Source of the DNA: a bacterium
GTDB taxonomy: Bacteria; JADJOY01
DNA: 64,000 bases
Reading direction: 5' to 3'
Assembly: GCA_046331705.1 (NCBI GenBank)
Contig: JAXLQJ010000018.1
Coordinates: 1-64,000, forward strand
Every line of letters begins with the position of its first letter. Positions within the stretch are counted from its first letter, which is position 1. Position numbers and translations under genes: made by a program. The notes under the pieces were generated by a model. That model was not told the DNA's origin, made no database searches, and was given only the letters and a program-made list of their open reading frames with translations. Below are positions 27,589 to 37,661 of this stretch, piece after piece.

Positions 27589-28749
27589 TCAGCCGCGGCC
27601 CAGGATCTGGCGCGAGATGATGAGCTTCATGATCTCGTTCGAGCCGGCGAAGATCCGCTGCACGCGGCAGTCCTGGTACATCTTCCCGATCGGATACTCG
27701 AGCATGTAGCCGTAGCCGCCGTGGAGCTGGACGCCGTCGTCCACGACCTTCTGCAGCATGTCGGTGATCCAGTACTTGGCCATCGACACTTCCTTGAGCA
27801 GCGGCTTGCCGGCCATGTGCTCGACCACCAGCCGATCGACGAAGCAACGCCCCAGCTCCACTTGGGTGGCCATCTCGGCGAGCTTGAACGCGTTGTGCTG
27901 GAAGTCGGCGATGCGCTTGCCGAACGCGCGGCGCTCGCACGAGTACGAGACGGCCTGAGCGAGCGCGAACTCGGCGGCGGCCTGCGATCCCACCGCGGTG
28001 ATGAGGCGCTCCTGCTGAAGCTCGTGCATGAGCTGGTAGAAGCCGCGCCCCTCCTCGGATCCGAGGAGCTGGCTCTTCGGCACGCGGCAATCCTCGAAGA
28101 AGAGCTCGCTCGTGTCCTGGGCGTGCAGGCCCACCTTCTCCAGATTGCGACCACGCTTGAACCCCGGTGTCGTGGCCTCGACGAGGATCAGCGAGATGCC
28201 TGCATGCGCGGGCGTGGCCTTGGGATCGGTCTTCGCGACCACCACGATCAGATCGCAGCATTGACCGTTCGAGATGAACGTCTTCTGGCCGTTGATCACG
28301 TAATCGTCGCCGTCGGCGAGCGCCGTCGACTGGATCGCCGCCAGGTCCGAGCCGGCGTTGGGCTCGGTCATCGCCACCGCCAGCACGATCTCGCCGGTGG
28401 CGCATCTCGGCAGGTACTTGCGCTTCTGCTCCTCGGTGGCGTGCTCCAGGAGGTAAGGCGCGATGATGTCGTTGTGGAGCGGGATGCCACCGAGGCCGGT
28501 GGCGTGGACGCGCTCCAGCTCTTCCACCAGCACCACGGAGTGGAGGAAATCTCCGCCCCCGCCGCCGTACTCCTCGGGGATGGTCGGGCACAGAAAGCCC
28601 AGCTCGCCGGCGCGCAGCCACACCGAGCGCGGAATCCGACGATCTTTCTCCCACTGGTCGTGGAACGGCACGACCTCCTTCTCGAGCCAGCTTCGGACGC
28701 TCTGGCGAAAGATCTCGTGCTCCGCGCTGAAGGTGAGCAAGCGGTCCAT
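27589..28749 (-). CDS. Long-chain acyl-CoA dehydrogenase
   Basis: AMTEPNAGSDL, NGQKTFISNG, QDTSELFF, LQQERL, QLHGGYGY, RIFAGSNEIMK; GGAGGAG RBS. Confidence 0.96.
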   Translation of the reverse strand: MDRLLTFSAEHEIFRQSVRSWLEKEVVPFHDQWEKDRRIPRSVWLRAGELGFLCPTIPEEYGGGGGDFLHSVVLVEELERVHATGLGGIPLHNDIIAPYLLEHATEEQKRKYLPRCATGEIVLAVAMTEPNAGSDLAAIQSTALADGDDYVINGQKTFISNGQCCDLIVVVAKTDPKATPAHAGISLILVEATTPGFKRGRNLEKVGLHAQDTSELFFEDCRVPKSQLLGSEEGRGFYQLMHELQQERLITAVGSQAAAEFALAQAVSYSCERRAFGKRIADFQHNAFKLAEMATQVELGRCFVDRLVVEHMAGKPLLKEVSMAKYWITDMLQKVVDDGVQLHGGYGYMLEYPIGKMYQDCRVQRIFAGSNEIMKLIISRQILGRG

Positions 28750-28929
28750 GTCGTCTCCTCCGTGCGCGCCGGTCGACACCCGTCGACGTCAGTCGCGCCG
28801 TATCGTCTATCGGTCGGGTTTAGCGTCCGCGCGTGCACCCAGCCAACCGACGGCACGCGAGCCCGGCGATGCTCGTTCCGGCGCCGTTGGAACGGCTCGT
28901 CGTCCGCCTGCGGGCTACCGCCGCGCGGA

Positions 28930-29583
28930 TCAGCGAGGTGTTGCGGGGCGCAGCGCCTCGGAGGCGGCGATCTCTTCCAGCGCCGTGTGCACCACGTCGC
29001 GTAGCGCCAGCGCATAGGCCTCGCCCAGGATCTCGCTCACGTCCTGACACGCACCACCCGCGCCGCCCTCCGCCGACTCGGACGAGGAGGTGGTGAACGA
29101 GAGCGAGCGGCCGTACGCCATTCGCACCTCGATGCCGAGGGTGAGGTCGACGGTCGCGACACACGAGCGTCCCCAGAAATCGACCTCGCATTTGAGCTTC
29201 GGATCGAAGCGCTCGAGCCAGGCGTGGATCATGCCGGTGCCGGGGGCCGGCGAGGAGACATCGGGTGTGGTGCGCGGCGGCGCCGCGTCCACGCGCTCGA
29301 AGACCACCGCCAGCGCGGTCTCGAGGGTGCGGCCGAGCGCCGAAGCCGGCCGGAAGGGATAGCGCTGCTCGGCGCACACCGACGTGGACGACTGGACGCT
29401 GCGATCGAGCGCGACGGTGGTGGGGTCGAGGCTGAGCGCGTAGCGGCCGGGGATCTTGCCGGCGAGCGACGACTGGAAATCCACCGTCGGCGCCGCCACC
29501 GGCGCGATGCGCGGTTCACACCCCGACGCGGACGCGAGCGCGACAGCGGCGACGAGGGCGTGGCGAAGGGCGCGGCGGCTCAT
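28930..29583 (-). CDS. Hypothetical lipoprotein
   Basis: [26 protein letters not shown] overlap with the LLM gene. Confidence 0.75.
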   Translation of the reverse strand: MSRRALRHALVAAVALASASGCEPRIAPVAAPTVDFQSSLAGKIPGRYALSLDPTTVALDRSVQSSTSVCAEQRYPFRPASALGRTLETALAVVFERVDAAPPRTTPDVSSPAPGTGMIHAWLERFDPKLKCEVDFWGRSCVATVDLTLGIEVRMAYGRSLSFTTSSSESAEGGAGGACQDVSEILGEAYALALRDVVHTALEEIAASEALRPATPR

Positions 29584-30584
29584 TGGGCGGGCGCCAGTGC
29601 GTGAAGGAAGAGCTCGATCATCTCGACGGGCGTGCCGATCGGCATGCTGAGGATCGGCAGCTCCTGGCCGAACGCGCGACGGCGCCGCAGCTCCTCGCGG
29701 CAGAAGTCCGGATCGCCCGAGACGCTGAGCGACTCGACCAGCTCGTCGGGAACGGCGTCGGGCGCTTGCGCGCGCGTCGCATGATCGCGGTACGTCGCGT
29801 CGACCTTCCTCACCACGTCGCCCCAGCCGAACTGGATCAAGATCTCCTTGTAATAGTCGCCCATCCCGCCGATGTAGAACGAGATCGTCTCCTTCGAGCG
29901 CCGCACTCCCGCCTCGCGCCCCAAGGGCAGCACGGTGGTGAACGGCGCGGTGGTGATCTCCGCCGGATCGCGCCCCGCCCGCGCGGCGCCCGCGGCGATC
30001 CACTGGCGCCCGACCTCCAGCTTGTCGTACGGCCAGAACGCCGGAATCCAGCCGTCGGCCAGCTCGCCGATCGACTCGATCGACTTCTGCTTGAGGGCAG
30101 CGACGTAGATCGGGATCTTCGGCTTGAGCGGCTTCATCGCCAGCTCGAAGGGACGGTATTCGTGGAGCGTGGCGCCCGCCTCGGTGAGCTTCTGACCGGC
30201 CACCAGGGCGCGAACGACCTTGATCACGTCGCGCACCTGCGAGAGCGGCTTGCCGAACTCGCGCCCGTGGAAGCCCTGGATCACTCGCACGCCGCTGGTG
30301 CCGAGCCCCAGGATGAAGCGCCCCTCGCTGATCTCGTCCAGGGTCGCCGCCGACATCGCCAGCAGCCCCGGCGTGCGGCTGAAGGCGTTGACGATGCCGG
30401 TGCCGAGCTTGATCCGCTTGGTCACGCCCGCGATCTCGGCCAGCAGCGCGAACACCTCGTAGCCCCAGGCCTCGGGAACCCAGAACGAGTCGTAACCCAA
30501 CTCGTCCGCCACCTGCGCGGCGCGCAGGTACTTCTTGCGATCGTAGTCCTTCCACCACGCCAACACCGCGATGCGATCCGTCAT
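29580..30584 (-). CDS. LLM-class flavin/F420-dependent oxidoreductase
   Basis: [60 protein letters not shown]. Confidence 0.93.
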   Translation of the reverse strand: MTDRIAVLAWWKDYDRKKYLRAAQVADELGYDSFWVPEAWGYEVFALLAEIAGVTKRIKLGTGIVNAFSRTPGLLAMSAATLDEISEGRFILGLGTSGVRVIQGFHGREFGKPLSQVRDVIKVVRALVAGQKLTEAGATLHEYRPFELAMKPLKPKIPIYVAALKQKSIESIGELADGWIPAFWPYDKLEVGRQWIAAGAARAGRDPAEITTAPFTTVLPLGREAGVRRSKETISFYIGGMGDYYKEILIQFGWGDVVRKVDATYRDHATRAQAPDAVPDELVESLSVSGDPDFCREELRRRRAFGQELPILSMPIGTPVEMIELFLHALAPAQ

Positions 30585-32110
30585 CCTGGCCTCCTGGGGG
30601 GCGATTGCTTCGGTGTCTCCGCCGTCGACGCATGGGGTGCGCGCACGTCCACGTGAATGGCGCCACACGACGGCAAGGGCGGCGGCCAGCCCGCGGGCAC
30701 CGCGTCCGCGACGTCCGGTCCGTGATCATCCTCCTCCAACCACGCGCCATTCACGCGCCGCCGGAGCTCGCTGAAGCGATAGAGGCTGCCATCGGTGTTC
30801 CGACCCTCGATCTGCACCCACGCCTGGTCGTCACCGTGCGGCGCGACCGCCGCCACACGCACGCCGTTCTTGAGCAGCTTGCGCACCTGCGTGGTATCGC
30901 AGAGATCGGCCTTGGCACCGTAGCGCGACAGCCACACGGGGTCTTGCTTGCCCGCCGGCTCGAGCTTGACCTCGACGTTCCAGTCCGAGTCGGGCTTGGC
31001 GGCGAGCTGGCGCAGGTACTCGCTCAGATCGGTGGCCGGCGTGCCTGCGGGCTCCACCAGCGACATGAGCCCGCGCTGGGAGAACGCGATGAACGTGCGC
31101 TTGTCGGTGAGCGGCGACCAGGTCGTTTCCTTGCGACGACGCTCCTCGGGATCCATGTGCGCCAGCCGATCCCAATGGCGCGCCATGGTGGCCTCGTACA
31201 TGCGATCCCAATCGAAGCAGCCCACGAACGCCGGGCTGGCGAGCTCGAGCGCGCGCATGCAGCTCAAGCTGGAGCGCTCCGGCGTGGAGAGATCGAGCGA
31301 GAACGGCTGCGTCAGCTCGGCCAGGAGGTTCGCCGCGAGGTCCACCGGGCGCGCGAAGCTCACGTTCCCCGCCTCGCCACGCAGCTTGTAGGTGTTGATG
31401 CCGACCACCTCGCCGCGATCGTCGATGAGCGGCCCACCCGAGGCGCCGGGGCTCACCGGAGCGTCGTGCTGGATGACGCCCTGGTGCAGCGCGCTCACGA
31501 TGCCCACCGTGGACGACCACAGCGCCTCGCCGGGATGACCGAGCGCGATCACCCGCTCCCCCGGCCGCGGCGGCTCGCGCCCGAGCACCAGCGGATGACC
31601 ACCCGTGATCGGCTCGTTGATGGTGACGATGGCGAGATCCACCACCGCGTCGGCGCGCGTGAGCTTCGCCGGCAAGAGGTCCTCTTGATACTCGAAGAGG
31701 TAGCGGTTGAGGCCGCCGTCGAGCGGCGAGTACGTGGTGCGCTTGGGGTCGTAGACCATCGCCCCGATCGTCTTGGCGCCTTCCACCACGTGCAGGTTCG
31801 TGAGCACGATCTGATGCTCGAGCAACACACCCGCGCCGAAGCGCTGGCTGCCGTCCTCGCGGAAGCTCACGAGCAGCACCACGCCCGGCATCGCGTCCGC
31901 GATCAGCTCCGCGAGCGACGGATCGCTGCGCGGCGCCGCTCGCGAGGCCGGCGCCACGGAAGCGGCCTCCGGCGCAATGGCCGCCGTCGGCTCCACGCCA
32001 TTCGCGGGCCGGCTCGCCTGCGGCGGAGTCACGGCCGGCGGCGCCACCGCCGGTGCGGCCGCGCAGCCCCCCAGCAACAACCCGATCCACCAGCCCCCGC
32101 GACGAGTCAC
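30581..32110 (-). CDS. Trypsin-like (S1C) serine protease lipoprotein with unknown C-terminal domain
   Basis: LTNLHVV (His), DLAIV (Asp), SPGASGGPL (Ser); LLLGGC lipobox; start approximate. Confidence 0.88.
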   Translation of the reverse strand: MTRRGGWWIGLLLGGCAAAPAVAPPAVTPPQASRPANGVEPTAAIAPEAASVAPASRAAPRSDPSLAELIADAMPGVVLLVSFREDGSQRFGAGVLLEHQIVLTNLHVVEGAKTIGAMVYDPKRTTYSPLDGGLNRYLFEYQEDLLPAKLTRADAVVDLAIVTINEPITGGHPLVLGREPPRPGERVIALGHPGEALWSSTVGIVSALHQGVIQHDAPVSPGASGGPLIDDRGEVVGINTYKLRGEAGNVSFARPVDLAANLLAELTQPFSLDLSTPERSSLSCMRALELASPAFVGCFDWDRMYEATMARHWDRLAHMDPEERRRKETTWSPLTDKRTFIAFSQRGLMSLVEPAGTPATDLSEYLRQLAAKPDSDWNVEVKLEPAGKQDPVWLSRYGAKADLCDTTQVRKLLKNGVRVAAVAPHGDDQAWVQIEGRNTDGSLYRFSELRRRVNGAWLEEDDHGPDVADAVPAGWPPPLPSCGAIHVDVRAPHASTAETPKQSPPRRPG

Positions 32111-32566
32111 GCACTGGAAAGAACCGAATCCCGGCGCCCTTGGCAACCCGGCGTTCGTCACCCCGACGCGCCCACGCATTCCGAGTCGGACGCAGCCGTT
32201 GCGAGCGAACGCCGGCGAGCCTCGCGGCAGGCACGCGGCAACCACGCGGGCTCGCGCCGCGGGTGATCGCGCGCTCACCTTTACTCGCTCGCGGCGCGCG
32301 CGGGAGGCTCTCGCACCGTCCCCACGATCACGCTAGAGTGCCGCGCCGTCGACCGGCCGGAAGTGACGGGATCCATCGATCCACACCCGCGAGGTTGAGA
32401 CTCAAGCCCTGGTTCGCTCGAGCGACGAGCAGCACGCGACGGTCGCAGCCGCGGCTGCGTGGCTCTCGCCTCGCAGCCGATCGCACGCGCGAAACCCGAG
32501 CGAGTGACGAGCACGTGCCACGCGAGCTCGGCGGTCCGAGCGCGCGGGCCAACGAGGAGGTGTCCG

Positions 32567-33964
32567 ATGAACGGAAGTGCTCCGCATCCCCGAGCCGTCG
32601 TGCTGGCGCTGATCGCGGCGTGCTGGCTCCCCGCCGCGGCGAGCGCGGCCAACTCGATCGGCTACGTGAGCCAGCAGGGCGACTACATCGGTCAGGGCCA
32701 GACGAAGAGCTACACGGATGCCGATGGAACCTTCACCTCGAATCACTACACGGACGCCGGAGCTCACATCTCGTTCGAGCACGCGACCAATTTCGCCATC
32801 TGGTGGGACCTGGATCTGATGGCGCCGCAGGGGGCGCGGCTGGCACCCGGGACCTATCTCGGCGCGACGCGCTACCCGTTCCAGGACGCCGCGGATCCGG
32901 GTCTCAACTTCTCCGGCTCGGGCCGCGGCTGCAACACGCTGAGCGGCAGCTTCGAGGTCTCCGACGTCGTCTACGACTGGTTCGGCGCCGTCGTTCGGCT
33001 CGCCGCCACCTTCACCCAACATTGCGAGAACCAGACGCCCGCGCTGTTCGGCACCGTGAACTATCAGCTCGGAAGCGTGGGACCAGCAACGGTCGGCCTG
33101 CAGAACGTGCTCGTCACCTGGGACAACCGCGTGTTCGAGTTCACACGCGCCGGGACGCTCGTTCACACCATCCCCATCTTGGGAGGAACGCAGACGCCAG
33201 ATGCCACGGAGGTCGCGCGCGACCTCGTGCGCGACAGCTCCGGGCGCGTCCACGTGTTCAACGGCACCGCGACTCCGGTGCTGAGCACGCTGGTGCCCGT
33301 GAGCGGCGCCTGGACGGAAGACACCGCGAGCGGCTGGGCGACCGTCAACAACACCACCTATGGCGGGATCGCGCCATTCGGCTCGCTCGTGTTCGTGAGC
33401 GACATGTCGTCTGCCGGCAATCCGGCGGTCGGAATCATCCGCTTCGATGCCAACCACGTCCTACCGACCACCTCATTCGCCGGCTCGTACGCGTACGTCG
33501 ACCTCGCTGCCGGGCTCGACGGGAAGCTCTACGGCTTGCGCGACGACAAGCAGCACGTCGACGCGTTCGACCCCGTGACGCTCGCCAGCGCCGGCACCGT
33601 CACGCTGGCGACCACGGTGAACGCGATCGCGGTCGACGAGAACAGCCGAATCTTCGCGGCGGTCAGCAACGTGCTCTACCGATTCGATGCCACGGGCGCC
33701 ATCGAGACCAGCCTCAACCCTGGCTTCAGCGGTCTCGGGGACATCGACCTGAGCTCCACCGGGGCGATCGTCGCGGGCACCAGCCTCGGCCGCGTGGTGC
33801 TCACGACCACCGCCCTCACGACCTCGACATCCTTCCCGGTCTCGTCTCCGCCGTCGGGGATGACGTTCGTCGCGTTCGCGGAGGAGCCGCGCGACCTCGA
33901 TCCGGTCTTCCGCGACGGCTTCGAGTCCGGCTCGTTCCTCGAGTGGAGTGCGCACAACCCCTGA
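32567..33964 (+). CDS. Secreted protein: GDYIGQG/GRGCN/QHCE domain, beta-propeller-like repeats, C-terminal FxDGFESG tail
   Basis: GAGGAGG RBS, signal peptide ending ASA, C-terminus DPVFRDGFESGSFLEWS. Confidence 0.88.
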   Translation: MNGSAPHPRAVVLALIAACWLPAAASAANSIGYVSQQGDYIGQGQTKSYTDADGTFTSNHYTDAGAHISFEHATNFAIWWDLDLMAPQGARLAPGTYLGATRYPFQDAADPGLNFSGSGRGCNTLSGSFEVSDVVYDWFGAVVRLAATFTQHCENQTPALFGTVNYQLGSVGPATVGLQNVLVTWDNRVFEFTRAGTLVHTIPILGGTQTPDATEVARDLVRDSSGRVHVFNGTATPVLSTLVPVSGAWTEDTASGWATVNNTTYGGIAPFGSLVFVSDMSSAGNPAVGIIRFDANHVLPTTSFAGSYAYVDLAAGLDGKLYGLRDDKQHVDAFDPVTLASAGTVTLATTVNAIAVDENSRIFAAVSNVLYRFDATGAIETSLNPGFSGLGDIDLSSTGAIVAGTSLGRVVLTTTALTTSTSFPVSSPPSGMTFVAFAEEPRDLDPVFRDGFESGSFLEWSAHNP

Positions 33965-34087
33965 TCGGCGGTCCGAGGGCGGCCGCGCGTCGACCGCGCC
34001 CCATCAGCGCCCGCTGCTCGACGACGGGAGCCGCCACGCCGATCGCATGACGTCGAGGTGCTCGCGAAGGCCCCGCAACCGCGGGTT

Positions 34088-35047
34088 TCACACCCTCGGG
34101 ACGCGCGCCCAGTCGATGGGGTGGGTCGGGACGTAGCTCAGCTCGGCCTTGGCGCGGCGGCCGTCGAGGACGCCGCTGAAGTGGAAGCGCCAGCGGTTGA
34201 GGTCGTAGCGGAAGTCGGTGCCGATGATGCGGCTGCGGAGCGCGTAGAGCGGCGCGAGCACGAGGCCCGGCGCCGGGATGCCGCGCCGACCGGCGAGCTG
34301 GATCGCCTTCGAGAGCGGCAGCGTATCGGCCCCCGGCAAGTTGAAGACGCCCTGCGCCTGGGTCTCGAGGGCGAGCGCCAGCCCGAGCACCAGGTCCGCG
34401 GTGCTGACGAGGTTGAGCATCGGGTCGAAGCCCAGGGGTTGGAAGCACACTCGCGAGCCCAGGTAGTCGAGAAGCTGGCTGCCGACGTCGCACGCGAAGC
34501 ATTCGGCGGCGCGCAGCACCACGATGTGCAGCGGCACCAAGCCCATCCGCGCGCACACCGTCAGGTCGGCTTCCACCCGGTCGCGAATCCACTGCGGCGC
34601 TCGGGGCGAGAGCTCGAGAGGGTGGTCCTCCTGGATCAGCACCGGCTCCTCGGCCTTGACGCGGTAGACCTCGGCGGAGCTCCGAAACACGAAGCGTTGG
34701 ATCGTGGGGTGCTCTTCGCACAGGTGGAGGAGGTCGCGCGCCGCGTCGACGTTGAGGGCGTGGACCCGCGGTCCACCCTCGGTGGCACGGCGGTGCTGGG
34801 CGGTGTGCACGACGGCTTCCACGCGCAGATCGCGGGCCGGGCCGAACAGCAGCTCGCGCACGTTGCGCTGGCGCGTGAGGTCGAGCTGGAAGTAGCGCAC
34901 GCGCGGGTCGGCGTTGCGATACGGGGTACGCGAGCGCGGCTCGGCAGCCACCGCGAGGACGTTGCGGATGTGCGGCTGAGCGAGCAGCGTGCGCACCAGC
35001 GCCGTGCCGATCGGCGTGGTCGCTCCGGTGACGAGCACCGATCTCAT
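34088..35047 (-). CDS. NAD-dependent epimerase/dehydratase-fold protein (degenerate motifs)
   Basis: VLVTGATTPIG, VVHTA, SSAEVY, LGFDPMLNL, GVFNLPG; ATGA overlap. Confidence 0.88.
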   Translation of the reverse strand: MRSVLVTGATTPIGTALVRTLLAQPHIRNVLAVAAEPRSRTPYRNADPRVRYFQLDLTRQRNVRELLFGPARDLRVEAVVHTAQHRRATEGGPRVHALNVDAARDLLHLCEEHPTIQRFVFRSSAEVYRVKAEEPVLIQEDHPLELSPRAPQWIRDRVEADLTVCARMGLVPLHIVVLRAAECFACDVGSQLLDYLGSRVCFQPLGFDPMLNLVSTADLVLGLALALETQAQGVFNLPGADTLPLSKAIQLAGRRGIPAPGLVLAPLYALRSRIIGTDFRYDLNRWRFHFSGVLDGRRAKAELSYVPTHPIDWARVPRV

Positions 35048-35991
35048 CCGAAGATCCCCGCGCGCTCGGTGAGCCCACGCACCAGCAGCGCGGCCACGCT
35101 CGCCTTGACCTCGGCCGCCGCGGCGCGAACCACCTTCGGATCGTCGGCCTGCGCTGGGCGGTAGCGGCGCCCCAGCGGAATCGGCTCGCCGTAGTAGATG
35201 TGGTAGCGAACCGGCAGCGGGAAGAGCGTGAGCGGCACGGGCAGATACGGAGCACCGAAAGCCCGGATCGGCAGGCGCGCGAGCTGCGGCATCTGCTCCT
35301 CGGCCCCCACGATCCCCACCGGCACCACGGTGGCGCGGTGGCGGATGGCCAGCTCGGCGTGCCCGACCCGCCACTCCTGCAAGCGGTAGCGATCGGCGAA
35401 CGGCTTGCCGATGCCCACCGTGCCTTCCGGGAAGATCATCAGGCATTCGTCGCTCTCCAGCAGGTCGCGGACGTTGCCGCGGCTGCCGCCCACCACGCCG
35501 AGCCGCGAGAAGAACGTGCCCACGAACGGCAGCCCGGGCACGAACAGGTCCGCCACCGGCCGTGGGATGCGCGGCGGATCGGTGTGGCGCACCACGTCGT
35601 TCCAGAGCATGGCGCCATCGAACGGCAAGGTGCCGCTGTGGTTCGCAGCGAGGATCACGGGGCCGGTGGCGGGGATGTTCTGCGCGCCGTGGGAGTCGAC
35701 GCGGAAGTAGCGCTCGTACATCGGAGCGAAGAGCCGGAGCGCGGCGGCCACCGCCACGACGTTGAGCCCGAAGGGGTCGTAGCCGTGGCCGGCGTCGCGG
35801 ATGGTGAGGCGCGCGATCACGTCCGCGAGCGTCCTGCCGCCGCCGGCGTCCGTGGCCAGCGCCGCCGCGGGGTCGGGCGCGCCGCGCACGCGGGTGGCGC
35901 GCTCGCGCGCGGGCCGAACGGCGCGCGGGTACCTGCGGCGAGACCGTCGCCCTTCGCTCGCTCGAGCCCGAGTCGCCTTCCGCGACCGCAT
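35044..35991 (-). CDS. Lysophospholipid/glycerol acyltransferase (PlsC family)
   Basis: DPFG, YFRV, ANHSGTLPFDG (HxxxxxD), FPEG, PVGIVGAEE; start uncertain. Confidence 0.92.
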   Translation of the reverse strand: MRSRKATRARASEGRRSRRRYPRAVRPARERATRVRGAPDPAAALATDAGGGRTLADVIARLTIRDAGHGYDPFGLNVVAVAAALRLFAPMYERYFRVDSHGAQNIPATGPVILAANHSGTLPFDGAMLWNDVVRHTDPPRIPRPVADLFVPGLPFVGTFFSRLGVVGGSRGNVRDLLESDECLMIFPEGTVGIGKPFADRYRLQEWRVGHAELAIRHRATVVPVGIVGAEEQMPQLARLPIRAFGAPYLPVPLTLFPLPVRYHIYYGEPIPLGRRYRPAQADDPKVVRAAAAEVKASVAALLVRGLTERAGIFG

Positions 35992-36524
35992 CGCCTCACG
36001 GCGGAGTCGCGCCACGCATCCCGACGCGCCCTCACGCCTCCCCTGGATCAAGGGAGAAGTCGAGCAAGCGCAGTGCCGGCCTCGGGGGTGATCCGAAGCG
36101 CGAGGAACGGCGCGGACGCGGCGTGCCGAGCGACACCCAGGCACGACGCGACGATCTCGCGGAAAAGCGAGCGGTGTCGTGAGACTGGCGAGGTGCGCGC
36201 TGGCACCGCCGCCATGCACGCCCACGTCCGCGCTGGCCCGAAGCTCCGGCGACGAACCGCGCGCTCGCCGCGCTCCCGCACCGTGCGGCGGCGAACGCCG
36301 ACGCGCGCGGGTAACGCGCGGCGACCCACCTCGTCACGCCGTCGGAACGAGAGCCCTCGCGTCGCAACACGACCCGCGAGCGGAGCGACACGCCGGCTCA
36401 ATTTGCCCCGTCGACGGATCGTCTCGGCCGAAACGTCTCGGTCAACGCGTACCGATCCCGGGAACCGCAAGGGGCACGGATCGACAAACACTGAATATCG
36501 CTGGCGAATATTTCACACAGCCAC

Positions 36525-36540
36525 CGGCACGACGATTGCT
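36525..36540 (+). promoter_or_regulatory. Sigma54 (-24/-12) promoter candidate
   Basis: CGGCACGACGATTGCT: GG-N10-GC, one mismatch to TGGCACG-N4-TTGCW; AT-rich tract just upstream. Confidence 0.7.
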
Positions 36541-36581
36541 CTGGCACCCAGGCACCCTCACCCCTCTCTCCTCGGCCGACC

Positions 36582-37370
36582 ATGCCCGACACCTGGACCC
36601 CAACCGCCGTGCATCATCCCCGGCGTATCCCCGCGCTCGACGGCGGTTGGGTCAGCTCGATCGAGGGTCTCACCGAAGACCTTCGTGCGACAGCAGGTGT
36701 CGGGCATGGCTCGGCCCCCTCCGACGTCGAGCGCCTGGTGGAGCGGTTGCTCGACTACGCCGCCCAAGCCGAGAGCCAGCTGGCCGCCCAGCGCGAGCGC
36801 ATCGCTCATCTCGAGACGGTGTCGATGACCGACGAGCTGACCGGCATCGCCAATCGCCGCGGGTTCGCCGACTACCTTCGACGCACGCTCGCCGCAGCCC
36901 AGCGCCACGGCGAGGCCGGCGCGGTCGCCTTCCTCGACATCGACGACTTCAAGCGCGTCAACGACAGCTACGGCCATGCGGCGGGCGACGCAGCGCTCAA
37001 GCGCGTGGCCGACGTGCTGACCACCAGCACTCGGATCTCGGATTACGTGGCGCGGCTGCACGGCGACGAGTTCGCGGTGCTGCTGGTCCGCGCCGACCTC
37101 GGCCAGGCGCGCGCGCGGCTCACGGCCATCCAGCGGCGCATCGCCTCCGAGCCGTTCATCTGGCGCGAGCGCGAGATCCCGCTCAGCGTGAGCTTCGGCG
37201 TCGCGGCGTACGACCCGCAGACCGAGCCCGCGAGCCTCATGCAGCGCGTCGACCTCGAGATGTACCGGCAGAAGCGTGCCCGGCGCGATCGGACGGAGCG
37301 CAGCGAGCGCGACTGGACCTATCCCGCCATCGTCGACATCACCGCATCCTGCGCCGCCGGCCCGCTCTGA
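36582..37370 (+). CDS. GGDEF-domain protein (HGDEF variant) with N-terminal coiled coil
   Basis: TDELTGIANRRGF, DIDDFKRVNDSYGHAAGD, RISD I-site, RLHGDEF, SFG, MYRQK. Confidence 0.93.
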   Translation: MPDTWTPTAVHHPRRIPALDGGWVSSIEGLTEDLRATAGVGHGSAPSDVERLVERLLDYAAQAESQLAAQRERIAHLETVSMTDELTGIANRRGFADYLRRTLAAAQRHGEAGAVAFLDIDDFKRVNDSYGHAAGDAALKRVADVLTTSTRISDYVARLHGDEFAVLLVRADLGQARARLTAIQRRIASEPFIWREREIPLSVSFGVAAYDPQTEPASLMQRVDLEMYRQKRARRDRTERSERDWTYPAIVDITASCAAGPL

Positions 37371-37603
37371 TCCTCCACCGTTCGAGCGTTTCGCCGAGCG
37401 CGCCACCGGGCGCGCTCCGCTCCCACTCCGCCGCGCAGTGAAGGGTCGGCCGTGGCCCAGACCCAGCGCCTCGGCGCTGCGCCTCACGACCGCTGGCGCC
37501 GGGGAACCAGAGCCGGTGCCAGCGGCCCAGCGGAGGTTCGTTCCCCGAGGACCAACGCGCCCGCAAGCCACCGGAATCGCTGCAGATCCTGAACGCCGGG
37601 GGA

Positions 37604-37619
37604 TGGCATTGGCCTTGCG
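37604..37619 (+). promoter_or_regulatory. Sigma54 (-24/-12) promoter candidate
   Basis: TGGCATTGGCCTTGCG: GG-N10-GC about 43 nt before ATG 37662. Confidence 0.65.
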
Positions 37620-37661
37620 ATTCAAGCGCGCATGACGATCCTCGAACGCGGAGCGGCGACG

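Noticed and set aside
32111-32566. Riboswitch or ncRNA in long intergenic regions (also 26740-27080 and 18114-18338)
   Set aside because: I recognised no conserved riboswitch, tRNA or ncRNA motif by eye; GC hairpins here are uninformative without an Infernal/Rfam scan
37503-37520. NtrC-like site GAACC-N6-GGTGC upstream of the ATP-grasp promoter
   Set aside because: Spacing is one base off GCACC-N5-GGTGC and one half-site mismatches; too weak to call
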